This document shows positions 23,153-36,800 of a DNA stretch of 64,000 nt, piece by piece (within the stretch, counting starts at the first letter, position 1; every line of letters starts with the position of its first letter). Below the pieces are notes generated by a model. The model was not told the origin of the DNA. It worked only from the letters and a program-made list of their open reading frames with translations, and searched no databases. Source of the DNA: Klebsormidium nitens (lineage: Eukaryota; Plantae; Klebsormidiophyceae); contig DF237381.1 in assembly GCA_000708835.1 (NCBI GenBank), forward strand, positions 14,945 through 78,944, in the 5' to 3' direction. The translations under genes and the position numbers were made by a program.

Positions 23153-26100
23153 TCAGTCCTTCTTCTCCGTATCCCCAACCAGTGCTCCCGCTTGCAACCC
23201 CCGTGACCCCAGCCCTAAGCTCCTCAGCCCCTCTTCCACAACCGAGTTAGCGCCAGCAATGTTACTATCCCGTACCCGGGCTATCCGTTTCGTGATCTCG
23301 GGCAGCTCTTTTCTCCGCCCCAACAACAGACCCCGCCCGGGGGTTCGACCCGGGGGCGGGTCCTCTTTGGGCTTCTCTTCGCCGCTCATAAAAGTCGCCT
23401 TCTCCGCTTCGGCGGCGAGCGCAACCATGGTCTCTTTCTCTCGCTCCGTTTGGGCTTCTTTCATCTGTTCGCGGATCGCCTCGTACTTAATCATCAGGTC
23501 TTGCCGCCTGGAGATGCAAAAGCAAAGACGTGATCTTTGCTGGAACTGACCAATCAAAGCACCATAGACCGGATAATCAGGCCAAGAAACATAAAGATTA
23601 AGGCTAACACAAAGACTCAACAGGAAGATAACATGTGATGCAACTCTTAAGGCTCAATCAATGAGCAGCCGCACTACGAAGAGTTCAGCTCTAAGGCAAA
23701 TTTGATTCCCAAAAAGGCCCTTGCAAATATAGTTGGAGGAAGGAAAGCCTGACAACAGAGAAAACATATGTCTACGAAGAAGAAATCTGGACAGTTGTGC
23801 AACACCTTCAACTAATACATTCAGGCCATCTTGAAAACAGGATCCATACAGTCTCATGCGATTACGAGGATTGAGCCCTAGCGTCAGGAGGAAAGCTGAT
23901 CGGCCGTGCTTGGAGGACGACAGGAAGAAATAGCAACAGGAACCACAGAAACCTTGAAGTTCTGTATCGATAACCTGAGCATCTCAGATGTGATTTCCTT
24001 ACACTCTCGCGATATCCTTACACTCTCGCAATACAACAATCAGAAAGAGAGTTCGTGATTTGCACTGGCTTACTTGGTGGTGAAGGACGACGGGAAGAAG
24101 TCTGGGAAGTAGCGCTGGATGAAGGAGAAGACGAGCACGTGGCCCACGGGGGTGATGGGGATGATGAGGATGATGGTGAACGGAATGAGCACCAAGATGT
24201 CCTTGGTCGTACGCCGCAGCGTTTGCACCTGGGAGAAAGAGAACGATGACGTCAGCAGAACGCCAGCACTAGATGAAGGAGAAGACCAAAACATGGCTCG
24301 CGTGGGTGATGGGGATGATAAGGATGATCGTGAAGCGAATGAGCACCAAAATGTCCTTGGTCGTGCGCCGCAGCGTTTGCACCTGGCAGGACAGAATGAC
24401 GTCAGCAGGGCGTCAGCAACACCCTACTCGAGGAGAAGACGGGGAACGGGCCCATGGGAGTGATGGGGATGATACCGATGATCGTGAACCAGATCAGGAC
24501 CACAATGTCCTTGGTCGTGCGCCGCAGCATTTGCTCCTGGCGTCAGCAGAACGTCAGGTGAGGATCTTTTTTGCAGATCCCCCGCTGGTTTTGACAGGGT
24601 TGCGAACATGGGATTGATCTTGCTTTGTTGGCACTCGTTGGGATGCTGAGAATGATCAAGGACGGAAACAGCGTCTGCAACTGGCGAGAGAGACGGATGA
24701 CGTCCGCAAAGCGTCAGCTGGGGTCTACTCGGTTAGCATTTGCCCGCTGGCACTGCTGCTGGTTAAGTTGCGACTGCGTCACTTTCACGTTATCAGCGGC
24801 TTCACGGAAGCCAGAGCGTTGCACCTAATGGGAGGTGCATGACGTCAGCTCATGGAAAAACGAAGGGACGGAACTGACGAGGATGGCGAGAAGAAGGAGG
24901 GGTTGGTGCCTTACTCGGAAGACGAAGGTGAAGAAAGTCGCAAGGAGAGGAGGCGGAAGAGGAAGAAGGGGCGACGGGGAGTCGTCCTCGGAAGAGGAGG
25001 GTCGCTCTAGGAGGAAGCATCGGAAGCGGCATGGGGTTGGAGTTGACGCAAATGGAGTAGGAGAAGAGCGAATTGCGGTCGTGGTTGGAGCTTGGCAACG
25101 AATGGACTCTGTCGGTGGCGGCTTACCTCTCTTGACTTGAGGGTGGTCCCTGTGACGGCGACCCAGAAGAGCTTGCCCGCATATGACAGGTCGCCCGCCA
25201 ACAGCCGCAGCCCCCGCCAGTAGAAGGACGCCCCCTCCTTCAACTGCAACAGCACATCCCGGTCAGAACGGGAGCGGACAAGGAAATCTAGCATCGAAAA
25301 CGACTCGATCGTAATCCCCGCCCGGGCCCTTAAGAGACAAGCCTTGAGAGGCAGGAGCGACAGTTCAAGCGGGAAATCACAGGGAATGAACGAACAAGAC
25401 GGAGTTGATGATCTCAGAAAGTCATTCCTGACGTCAACCGAGACGGTTGTCCTTTGCAATACTCAACGGAGCACCTCACGTAAAACACAAGCAAAGCCAA
25501 GCCACTTCTTTGTGGGCACCGGGGCAGACCGAGACCTTGTCTCCAACGGTCGTCCCACTTGCTGCTCGAGCGGAGTCTCCGCTTCACTATAAGCAATGTT
25601 CAGGTGGGTAAACGACTCCACTATGCGTCTGAAGAAACACAGGTATGGCCAGAGCATTCTGACCACAGTGACAGGACAGCTGACAGAACGGTAGGAGGGT
25701 GTACAGGTAGTCCCGGCGGCCTCCCTAGGGACCTCCTTCCATTGTAACCCCTTCGATCGACGGTCTTAATCATGACTCTGATAACCCAGGACGTCGATCC
25801 TAGGGGGTAATAGCTAGGAGCGGTCTTACATCGGCTCGGGAGTCCAAGTTCTCCATTCTTTCGTTCTGACAGACATCTTTTTTCAAGTATTGTATTGCAT
25901 CATGACGTTCAAATCAGGCAAAAGACAGAAACGCTTCGGGAAAGCACCTTCAAAGTGTTCTCCTTGTACGCGATGCCAATCCGCTGCTTGAGCGGTATCT
26001 TCGCTTCCTCCACAATGCCCAACCGATTCTTCAACTCCGGAACATCCTCTGCCAACACCGACAGCTCCTCATCTTGGATCAGATCTGCCTCGTTCCGGTC

Positions 26101-29100
26101 CACCGCAGCGCGCAGCCGCGCAAGCTCGCCGTCCAAAAGTCCGAACTCGGCGACAAGCAGGCTCTCGTCTTCGTCCGTTCTGATGTCCTCTGTAAAGAAA
26201 CAATTCAGCTCTTTTGAGATCTGCAGCTCTTTCCAGTTCTAGGGTCTGAAAATCAAGACCGAGTGTGGTAAGATTCTTTGCTTCATTGCGATCTACCGCC
26301 GCGCGTAGCCGTGCTAGCTCGCCATCGAGAAGGACGAACTCGGCAACAAGCAGGCTCTCATCCTCATCAATTCTGATGTCCTCTGCAAAGGAAAAAAATT
26401 GCTCAACAATATGTCTAAGGTGTTTCTGGAGCATCTGGAAACGGTCTGCCTCGCTGCGATCTACGGCGGTGTGCAGCCACGCTAACCCGCCGACTAGGAG
26501 TCCAAATTCGGCGGCCGGCAGACTCTCGTCGTCGTCCGTTCCTATGTCCTCTGCAAAACCGGACAATCGGTGCATTGAACTCCAAGTCCAAGGTTTGAAA
26601 GACGAGAGTATCAGAATCTCTGCTTCGTTCCGGTCCACCGCCGCGCGCAGCCGTGATAGCTCGCCATCGAGTTAGCCGAACTCGGCGACAAGCAAACTCT
26701 CGTCCTCATCCGTTCTGATGTCCTCTGCAGAGAAGGATTTGTCGACAAATTGTTGAATCGAATAGGGTATTTCTGGAGCATCTGAAAAGATCTGCCTCGT
26801 TCCGGTCCTCCGCCGCGCGCAGCCGTACTAGCTCGCCAGCGAGCAAGCAGAACTCGGCGACAAGCAAGCTCTCGTCCTCATCCGTTTTTGATGTCCTCTG
26901 CGAGAAAAGGATTCGGCGGTTAGTAATTAACAAGTAATCAACAGGTTTCATAAGAAAGAGATCAGACCCTCCTCAATCCACTCAACCACTGCGAACAGCC
27001 CTCCTAGCTCGCTGACGAGGAGGCCGAACTCGGCGACAAGAAGTCTTCCGTCCATTCCTGTATGAACGTACTCTTGGTTAGAACAAGGTTGTGCTAAGGA
27101 TGAACGAGCAGTGGGGACAAACTCTAAGTTATAAATGAGCGGGTCTCGGGAGTTGCCCCGAAAGTAGCGCCAACACCCTAAAAAGCGTGTCCAGAAGGCA
27201 ACGGGCTCTCGTGCGATCCCGCCCCAAACTTGTCGCCTCAAACAACGGTGTACAACCTTTCCGGTGTGCACTATTTCCAACCCAAACGGCTGGGTAATGT
27301 AAACGGAGCCAGTTGACCCTGATCGGTGACAGAATATAATGAACGAGAAAACTTTGCAAAGCATCTGTTGCTCAGATATTGCACGAATGAAGACAGGGGT
27401 TTGTCAACCGCTCACCGGTGATCTGAATGACCTCCTCCTCTAAGCACGCATAGATTAGTTCCATCTCCAATTGTAGCGTCCGCACCGCCAGCTTCTTGCG
27501 CAGCTCGTTTACCTGCCAAGGAATGAAAATAGTGTGAATCGCCACAAGAAGCCAGCTTCTTCAGCAGTTCTCTCTGCGTGCTGGTTGTTCTTCAGCATCT
27601 CTCGTTGTCAATTCGTTCCGGTTTGTCGAAAGTAAAAAGAAAGAGACGGTGTCAAAGTCCGGCAACTCGACTCTAACACGAGTTCATCGAGAAAAGCTGC
27701 AAGGGAAACTAGAAAAGCTGAAAGGCAAGCTAGAAACGTCGGCTCAGCCAATCTATCAAACGTGGACAACACCATAGTCTGCTGATGGAACACCAAACCT
27801 AGGAAGAATAGCTCCTGAATATTGGATTCCTCATCCAAAGGGTCGTGCGGGATTGGGCTGAGGAAGAACACACCTCGTCGTCCAACGGCCTAACTAGCCT
27901 GATTTTAAAGCCATCTCTAGCCCTAACTCACTGAAAATCCATCAGCTTATGAATTCCTGCTTTGACGCGAAGACCTTGCAGCGCCCATCAAATGCGGAAA
28001 GCAATCTGAACCATCCAATTGAGACAATGTAGCAGACGGTGCAAAGCATGTCTTCCGGCCTTAGAGTCGCGCTTTGTGACCCTGAACGCACCTCGTCGTC
28101 TAGCGCCCTGATCTCGTTTGCCAGCCTCGCCCGCGCCAGCACGTTCTTCTGTCGCAACCGTGATTCACGCTCCCTGCTCGCCTCCCGCAACCGCTTGTCC
28201 AGCTTTTCTACCTGGCCAAGGAAGCTGATAATGAACATGGTTTCATCACCTTTGACTTTTCCATCCTTGTCACCATCTCGCATTCAGCAGCTCTAAGAAA
28301 GCCTCTCTAATAAGTCAGCTCTGCGTAAGCTTCTTTAACAAGGCAAAGTAGAAGCATTCATAGAACTGCCTGAAAATGTTGGAAAGATTGCCGAGATAAA
28401 AGTATTAAGACTGATGTGGAGGTGTCAAGATCCGTTACAACAAACAGTTGATGACAAGATTCAGAACAAACAAGTGCGGGATAGGACGCAAGGGATTTTA
28501 CTACCCCCGCAACTCGTCACAGAAAGATCGTACTTACCTCTAAGATGAGGTCCCGTTTCCGGTGCTCGATCTCATCGCGCGATGACGGTATTGGCCGTGG
28601 AAGCCCCTCTGCCAGATTGTCCTCTCCGACCGGCCGCGTCGTCGGCCGCCCATTGAGGCGTTGCCAGACGTTGCCCAATTGGCCAACGAAACTGATGGAT
28701 ACCTGCAACGAACAGTTCAATGATTCAAAATCTTCTCTGCGCTGTCCTCCACATCTCTGATCGCTGCAAAGGCCGGTCTTTGATCGTTTACAATCCTAGA
28801 CCGCACCCGAAAAGTAAAGATAAACTTTACCGTCTGATGAAATTGCAAGTGCGTACTTTGACACCTTACAAGTGCCAAGGACAGTACGAACTCGGGACGG
28901 AAACACTCTGGAAGCTGTCCACTAATGACGTAATCCTTTCAGAGTCCCTGGATCTCTGCAAAGAATCCAATCACGAGGCAAGCATAGACAATCGCCCATC
29001 GCTTTGCCACTGGTGTGGTATGCAGCGAGTATAAACACGTAAGTACATTGAAATCCGTGACGGTCAACGAACATAGATCGATATCCTTTTCTTGTAAACG

Positions 29101-32100
29101 TTGTGAAGTAAGCATTCATGAACTGTTGCCCATATCGATATCATTCTCAAATCGTTGCAGACTTACGCTGGGGATCTTGGCAAGGTCGGCTTGGGAGAAG
29201 CGCAGCCGGCCGTCCTTGGTCTTGACCACCAGGTTCAGGTCCACGGTGCTGAGCCGGTCCAGGAACCGGTTGAGCACCGCGCTCGTGTCTGGAAGGCTCC
29301 GGCCGAGCCCCTTCTTGGACTGCTGCGCGAGAAAGCAAGAGGGATAAGACACTGCGCTCGTGTCGGGAAGGATTCCACCCAGCCCCTTCTTGGACTCAAG
29401 GAAGAGAGTATTGTGAGACATGGAACACTGCACTCGTGTCGGTAAGGGTCCGGCCGAGCCCCTTTCTGGACGGAAGGGCGAAAAAAGTGAGGGACTGAGA
29501 ACGGTTCCCCAAAAGACATAGAAAGTGGCCATCGAGTTTCCTCACTGCTCGAGGCATGGTTCCTAGTAACGCCCCGCCCCTTGTCGGACTGGAGGGCGAG
29601 AAAAAGCGAGAGACCAAAAACAGCTCCCCAAAGGCATACAGCTGTTCGCATCAAAAGGGCCATCGAGTTCCCAATTCTCGAAGTATGCTTCCTAAATTCG
29701 GACTCTACAACGTCTAGCCCCTTCTTGGACTGGAGGGCAAGAAAAAGCGAGACACTAAAACGGTTCCCCAAAAGATACAGCTGTTCCCATCAAAGTGGAC
29801 ATTGAGGTTTCCAATGGTTTCTGATCCTGGACTATCTGGTTAGACATTTGAAAGGGAGCGGACGCTCAAGATGGTGAACCATAACCGAAAGTTGAAACCT
29901 GGAGTGGCAAGTTTGCCGCATAACAGCTGCAAAGTTTCCGTCGTCTCAGGTCGAATGTCCTACACAGCGGAGATAGCATGGTCATTATGACGGAAAAGCT
30001 TCTTGGTATCGAAGCAATTGAAAGGTGCAAAGAAAATGCTCTTCGACAAGCTTAACAGGCGCTGCAGTGGTTGAAATATCCAGAATCAGAAGAAGGAGCA
30101 ACAATTGATCTGCAATAACGCTGTCTTAAGAGAGGCAGAGAGAGACTCAATTGTTCCATAAAACACGGTAAACACAGCCGGATATAGCACACGACCACGC
30201 AGTTCTACAAAAACGAAAGGATTGCCAGCAGGAATTTTGAATTGGAAACAATGTGTAAGGTATCGGCCGCACCTCTTCCTCGTCTTTCTTTTGCCAGGCA
30301 GCCTCTTCCTCTCGAGCCCGCAACTTTTCCTCTGGAGTCAGGCTATCCTTGACCTTCTCGGCCTGCTTCTCCAGCCTGCTGACCACTTTTGACACCGTGT
30401 CGCAGATGATGCCCTCCGCAGTTGTGTTGTCCTGAAGCAAGCGTCATACAATAATTAGTCTTACAAGACACTGTATCCTCTTGTCAAAGCAAGAATGCTT
30501 CACAATCTTAAAGAGGGCGTCTAACCACGTGGTACCGCGGCGGCCACTAAAAAAATAGTCTGCTCTCATGTCGCCGAAAATTCATTCCCGTGGTACAAAT
30601 TTGGCGACCGAACTGTGGGCAGACGAACTATCTGGTCGGCGAGGCGTTACGGGTCACAAGACATGCCCTTCAACTCGTTGGGGCGAAACAAGCCCCGATA
30701 GAGGGCTTAAATTTATTGAGTGTAAGTCAGAAACTGTTCTGAGAGCCTCAAGATTCTCAACTTAAACGATGGTTCGTGATCCGTTGGATCTGATTAAAGG
30801 CCAAAATATTCTAGTCTTTGGTTCGTATGCCATGACTTCCAGCGGCGCATTCTGGCAGCCTGGATCGCATATCGTAAACCTGTCAATTTGGATTGTTGGA
30901 CTCCTGAACAAAGAAGAAAAGCTCTGCCCTTGTTAATCCTCAAGGATCCCACAGGTGTTCCTTTAGATTCCCCACTGTGCTCTTCGGTAACCTAACACGG
31001 TAAGATTGCATTTGCCTGTACCCCTTACAGCAGTTTTTACGCGGATATCATTATAACTCTTGAAAGGCTTCTTCGAATCCATTTTGCGGCCATCTTTGCA
31101 GGACAATCGGTTTGCCTCATAGCATTTATTTTCTGTAGCCATTTTGGAAGATCAAAGTGCCTGATGTATATAAATTCAACCGAGAAATTCGAGTTTATGC
31201 CACCACAATCACTTTAATTCACGACCATTTATTGCAACAATGGGAGATGAACCACAAGGATATACTCACCGGGAAAACAACAGGGAGGAGCCCATTCACA
31301 CCACGGAGATCCCTCTGCAGCGCTATCCCCAGCTCACGAATGTCCTCTCCATAGTCCAGGATCTCAAGGGGACTCAGGGACCAGTCCTCCCCCTGAATGA
31401 AAAAAGTCGACTTTGGTAAGTCACCAGGTAAGCAGTCTATCAAAAAGTCTTTGGGATTCAGGGGGCAAACGGTATGCACACAATATGTATTCCAAGTGAC
31501 TCATAAGTTTGGTCACACAAACGCAGCTTAATCGTGAAGTTTGCTTAGGAGCGGACAGATAGTCTCGCTATGGTGAAAGAGTATGCGTTGCCAAACTAAG
31601 GTGTTGGTTGGGAACAGATTTGTCTAATGTGCCTATTATGCAGCAGCTCGCCAAGTAACCCCACTTTTCAATCATTGTCGAGATGAGGGCTTTGCACATG
31701 ATGCTTTTACTTCTGCTATGTTCCATACGCGGCTTAGTAACTGACTTTCTGCCGACCGGCAGCCATTGAAAGCCCCCATTCCAAGTAAACTCCCAATTAG
31801 ATCACAGTTGCATCCACTCGTAACTTTTTACCTACAATTGAGCTATGATAAGCAAGCAAAGGTAAACCGCAATGCCTGAGCAACTCAGGACTTAGACCGT
31901 CGGTAACTGCACACAATGAAAGATGCGCCAACCAAATGCATGCAAACCACAAAACTGCTGCTCCAGCATCCTGGTATGAGCAACCTAGGAGCCATCAATA
32001 CAGAACAAGTAGAAAGCAACGAATCAAATGGTCCAGGAGTGTAGATCATATTGACTGCTGAGAAGAACTTAGACTATGTTGAATGACAGTACAATCTGGA

Positions 32101-32769
32101 GGATCGAATGTGTGAAAGCTGTGCGGATTGAATTAATTACAAGTTTACCAGCAAGCATCTCACCTTATTACTGCCAGGCCGCCACTTTGACTTCCAGTCC
32201 TTGCCCTTCTCCCTTGACCCCCCCTGCTGCGCCTCATCCTCAACCTTTGCAACTTTTGGGATTGGACTTTCAAGAATCCTCTCTGAAATAATGATATCAC
32301 GGTACAGCCGCCTCAGCAACACTAGCACCTCTAACCGCCGCAGCCTCTCCTCAGTCTCTGCAAAAATCTTCTGCCCCTCGAGAACAGTCTCCACCGGCTT
32401 GATTGCCCCGCTGCTCAGCCCATTCTCTGAGACCGCCTCAGAAATGGCACGGGCGTGAGACGGCCGCCGCCGGCGCTTAGGGTTAGCGACGAGTGGCTCA
32501 GATTTGAGGAACTGAGAGGATCCATAAGCAGATGCAGAGCTCAGAGCAGGAGATGCAGCGGGTCTGAGACTAGGTGCAGAGCTCAAAGCAGGCCTGCATG
32601 GGTAGCTGACAACCCGAGGTCCTTCACAAAAAGTGTTCGCCCGGTTCCAGATGCAGGAAAACTGTGGATGCTTAAATGTCGCAACCTTGGGGTGCTTCCT
32701 CTCTGCCAAAGAAGCATGCAGCACTCCTGGCCCACAAGCAGGGCTGGCAAGGTTCACGACCAGAACCAT
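23153..32769 (-). CDS. Plastid-type LETM1-domain coiled-coil protein, 11 exons: 32769-32164, 31392-31270, 30431-30273, 29322-29167, 28702-28538, 28211-28092, 27512-27416, 26189-25948, 25243-25127, 24228-24074, 23507-23153
   Basis: The C-terminal region [29 protein letters not shown]|[49 protein letters not shown] matches the plant LETM1-like pattern (LKRT..D....IP...L.LP.T.VGH...IQRY.P). The N-terminus is Ser/Ala-rich like a transit peptide. All exon lengths are phase-consistent. Confidence 0.82.
24240..24545 (-). repeat. Two decayed copies of acceptor plus most of LETM1 exon 10
   Basis: ccag|g.gcaaa.gctgcggcgcacgaccaaggacat is repeated upstream of the true exon; each copy has its own ctgac branch-point-like motif. 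Confidence 0.9.
26190..27060 (-). repeat. Four to five decayed ~170-bp tandem copies of acceptor plus 5' part of LETM1 exon 8
   Basis: cag|aggacat..gaac.gacga.gacgagag..tgcttgtcgccgagtt starts at 26897, 26724, 26550 and 26382; the true exon starts at 26189. A more decayed copy lies near 27050. Confidence 0.92.
29340..29760 (-). repeat. About four decayed copies of the LETM1 exon 4 acceptor region
   Basis: Minus-strand variants of cag-tccaagaaggggct.g..cg recur near 29740, 29590, 29470 and 29395 before the true exon at 29322. Confidence 0.8.
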
Positions 32770-33806
32770 GATTCGAAGGGGCCCCTCGGCAGGGCTCAGT
32801 ATTCAGATGACACACCACTCGAAGAAGCTGCACCTATAGATGTCCGGGCCGAGCAGCATCTCAGAGGAGCAAACCTCGACCAGGCTTGAGGACGGCGTTT
32901 ACTTTCCTTTTCACCTTCTTATCATGAGCAGCCCCTGAAAGCAGCTGTAAAGGATTCCCCCCTTCGAGATCAGGCGCTCCTTAATTGCGCAACCACCTCA
33001 TCCTTCTGAATTTCCTGCACCCAGCAGAAACGAGGCGCCAGCTGGGCCATCCGCCCTATCCACCCCCTTTCCCAGCCGCTTGCATTTGTGAAATGGACAG
33101 ATGGCAGCCCTTGAGAAACTTGAAGCCAGCTGCGCGCCACGTAGACAGGCAACTGCCAAGGCATTACCAGGCGTATCTGACCATCTTCGAAAGTTGCACC
33201 GTCGATTAATGGATCTGCTCGCTCACCCTGAAGCGCAGTCGATGGGAATGAACGGGACAAGAAACCGGTTAGATCGCCGCCGGGAATGGTTGAGACCCAA
33301 GGTTCGAACGATATATGCTGAAAACGGAGGGCCCCGCTCTAGATGCATCTCTAGTTCGAACGTCGAAGTCCATTCTTGCGCGCACACTTGTCACTAGGCT
33401 GCAGGCTGCAGCAGTGCAGGCAATTGTGCCGGGGCCTGCTTTTTGCTCATGGGCGCGCAAAATTTTCGCCAGCTTTTGCTGAGCGGCATTCAATGGCGTC
33501 CAGTGCGCCGCTGCCAGCACTAGCGAGCGCCGGTTATCGCTGGCGAAGAAGGCAGACTGTCCAGTGTGACTCGGGCTGGCGAAGATCGGTTTTACTTAGT
33601 TGGCCCAAACTGTAAGCTAATACCTCTGGTAGGGCCAACTGTAAGCTAACAACTCTGGTACCCCGTACGCTTTATCCAGGAGTTCTTCATGCAAAGCATC
33701 ATCCATGGAGCTGAAATGCATGATTGTAAGGCGTAAGGGCGTGTGAGCGTTGTTGCTTGATAACCTTGTCATTTCATTGAATCTGTTGCCTGAGGGGGCA
33801 GTCGAA

Positions 33807-36800
33807 ATGGCGGCTCCTCAGATGCGCAAACTCTCACTGGAAGAAGCAGCACCGCAAAGAAAGGACTTGGAGAGGAGGTGGAATCTGCTTGAAGATGCGG
33901 CAGCGAATGGAAGTGAAGACGAGGAAACGGAGAGGGCAAAAGAGCAGTGGTATGTTGATTTATATCCGAACCATGAGGAACACGAGATTCAAAGCGGCGG
34001 AGCATGCATTGCACCATGCTCTTGCAATGTGCAAAGAGTTCATGCATAATGGGTGCAATTCAACGTCGGGAACCACTAAGTTCGCTCACTTTCTTTGCCC
34101 TTCGAAGGCCCTGCTACCACCACATTTTCTGACGGACTGAAAAGTGCAAGCAGCTTTGCACACACTTGGCCTCCCATTCCCCTAGCCTCAGCTATTAAAA
34201 CCAGACACATTAGACTCTTTCAGGCACAATTACTCGCAGCTTGTCGTTAAGACTTGAAGACTTACAAGGAAAAGATGTTGGGCTCCATGAATTCATCAGA
34301 TTCCCCACCATTTCATCGCAGCCTCCAGTGCAATGACCACCTCTTGGACAGATCTTTAGCGTTTGTCACCATCGTCTCCAACCCCTCTTGATCTACAAGG
34401 AGAATTTATACCGGTTGACGCTTCCTCTTTCTATACAAAGGCCGACTACCTTATGCGCTTCTCACCTTTCACACTGCATCTGAGTGCGAGTTTGCCAAGA
34501 CCTTTTTCTTCACTTTCGATGCGCCATGAAGGCATTTGCAGCGAGGGGGTGAACATCACAAGACTGACAAAGCAAAGGGCAGGCGCCGCTGACGTTGACG
34601 ATGAATGTTTGAAGTGGACTTTCTGACAACGCCCCCTTCACGTTCTGCAGGTTCCTGGACGCTTTGCTCTTTCTCGCTAAGGCCCCCCTGGAGCAGCACT
34701 CCTGGTGCCAGTTCAGCGACCTATCGTCCCTGGCGTTGGAAAGCTTCTACCACTACTACAGCAACCCCAATCAGGCCCTCAGTCTGGTGTGGCAGCGGTG
34801 GTGTCAAGAGCTGCGCAGCTGCGACTCGTGCGTCCATACGTACCAAAGGTGAGAGCCAGAGGGCCTCTGATGGTCAGGAAAGGCTGCACGGAATTGTTAT
34901 CGTCAAAGTGATGTTCTTTTCCCACTTGTTTCCATCCTGAATGACGTGGCATTTGATCATCTTTGTGGTAGAGGGGAGATAGAGAGCCTTTCAAAGCTGG
35001 CTAGTCTTGCTTCTGGAGGGAGAGCCACTGAGACCATCAAAGGGATTGCCCAGTCACCAACTCTGATGCTCATCATCAAAGTTGCTGTGCTTCATCTCAA
35101 CAATATGTGCAACTTCGAAAAATCCTCATTCGGGAGAAGCTGACAATCTCCGTGCGGTCTTGAAAAGAGCTGGTTTTATGGGATCCGCTTATTGAATGCT
35201 TCCGACATCTCGTCAACGCCTTTTGACTTGTCTTCAATCTTAAGGGCAAGCTGTTATTCTCAGACGACACTGAGCTGCTCTCATCACAATCTGAGAAATT
35301 GCCGAGCAGTCTCTTAAAACATGTTGCGACAAGTCCAGAAAGATGGGAGTCCTGTCACCGAGGAGCTGTTCCTCCGAAAGCAGTCGTTGCAAACTCACAA
35401 GCTTTGTCTCCCGTTACAACTTTGTTCCGCTTCACTATGTTCCAACGGATTGCAAGTGTCTGCTCCGAGGAAGAATAAGAGAGGAGTTCCATGGGCCCCC
35501 TGCTACGAAGAAACTGATGTCTGTCCGAAAAAGCGACCATTAGAAAGTCACACTTTCTTGAACTTGGTATCCAGATCCGATTCTGGCTTCTCTTTGCCAC
35601 GTCCTGACGACTTACGTCAAATTCTTGCAGGTTCAAGGAGGAAATTAGGGAGGGCATCAATGAGGCCCTGCCATGGAGAATCTCTTACTCTGTCCAGAAA
35701 AGCGACTGCTGAAGAGGCACAATCGTTGTCAACCTGATACGACTTTGAGCCGCTCTCACCACGTTCTGATACCTTGAGATTCTACCCAAAATCAATTCAG
35801 ACCATTCTTCATTTCGGCGCAGGTCCAAAGAGGAATTGAGGGATGCGTTCGATGGGGGCCCTGCCAAACGAAGAGCTATTCTCCGTCCTGAACAGTGAAT
35901 GCTGAAGCGTTGCAGCTTCCATTTCTTGTACTTCAACGATTAGCTGCTCTCATCACGTTTGATGATAAGCATGATTGTCGCAGGTCGGAAGGAGGGCTTT
36001 AGGGACGAGGTACGTGGGGAGCTTGCCTCGGAGGAGCTGTCCTCGGTCTCGGGAGGCGACTGCTGAACGGTCACGACTACCGAAATCAGTGTTCAGAAAC
36101 GAGTTTGTGCTTGTTTTCACAACATCTTGACGAGTTACATCAAACCGTTGCAGGTCCAAGGAGGAACCCAAGTGAGGCGTTTGACGGGGGCGCTGCCACA
36201 GAGGAGCTCCGTTTTGTCCAGAAAAGCGATTGCTGAAAACTCACAGCCGGATACTTCTTTCAGCTGCTCTCCTCACGTTTTGATGAACCTTAAATTGTTT
36301 AACCATTCTCTATACTTTGTCACAGGTCCAAGGAGGAACTCAGAGAAGAGTTCGATGGGGGCCCTGCGACAGAGGAGCTGTTCTCCGTCCTGGACCGTCT
36401 CGACCAGGAGAGGGTGTCGCAGCAGCTGAAAGAGATCAAGGCGCTGTTTGAAGCCGGCAACTACGACCCTGAGCAATCGGCAGACCTGATCTTCCCAACC
36501 ATTTATGAGGTACCTCGCTCTTGACCACGGCTGATTCTAGTTATTCTGAGTGCTGCCAAAGCCGTTGTAAAGTTGTGAGGGCGAGCATGCGGTTATGTGG
36601 ACGTTTTGAGGTGCTCAAAACGGATATGCTCGGGGATCAATAAGTAGGAACGCGTGTCTGTTCATGCGGAGATGGTAGTGGGGCGCTGTATGGAAAGACA
36701 TGAGCAGACTTCAAGCGTCGACCTACGGCCTGGGCTGGAGTGGACTCGTGGTCTGACGAATCATGAGGAAATGTGGCGGAGTCCGTGTAGGGCCATCTAA

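Noticed and set aside
26190-27060. CRISPR-like or mutually exclusive exon array
   Set aside because: The units are decayed copies of host exon and intron sequence with no constant repeat and unique spacer structure, and they lack their own donors.
32970-33615. Small gene between LETM1-like and SEN1
   Set aside because: The overlapping ORFs on both strands have no motifs; the region is better explained as promoter and UTR.
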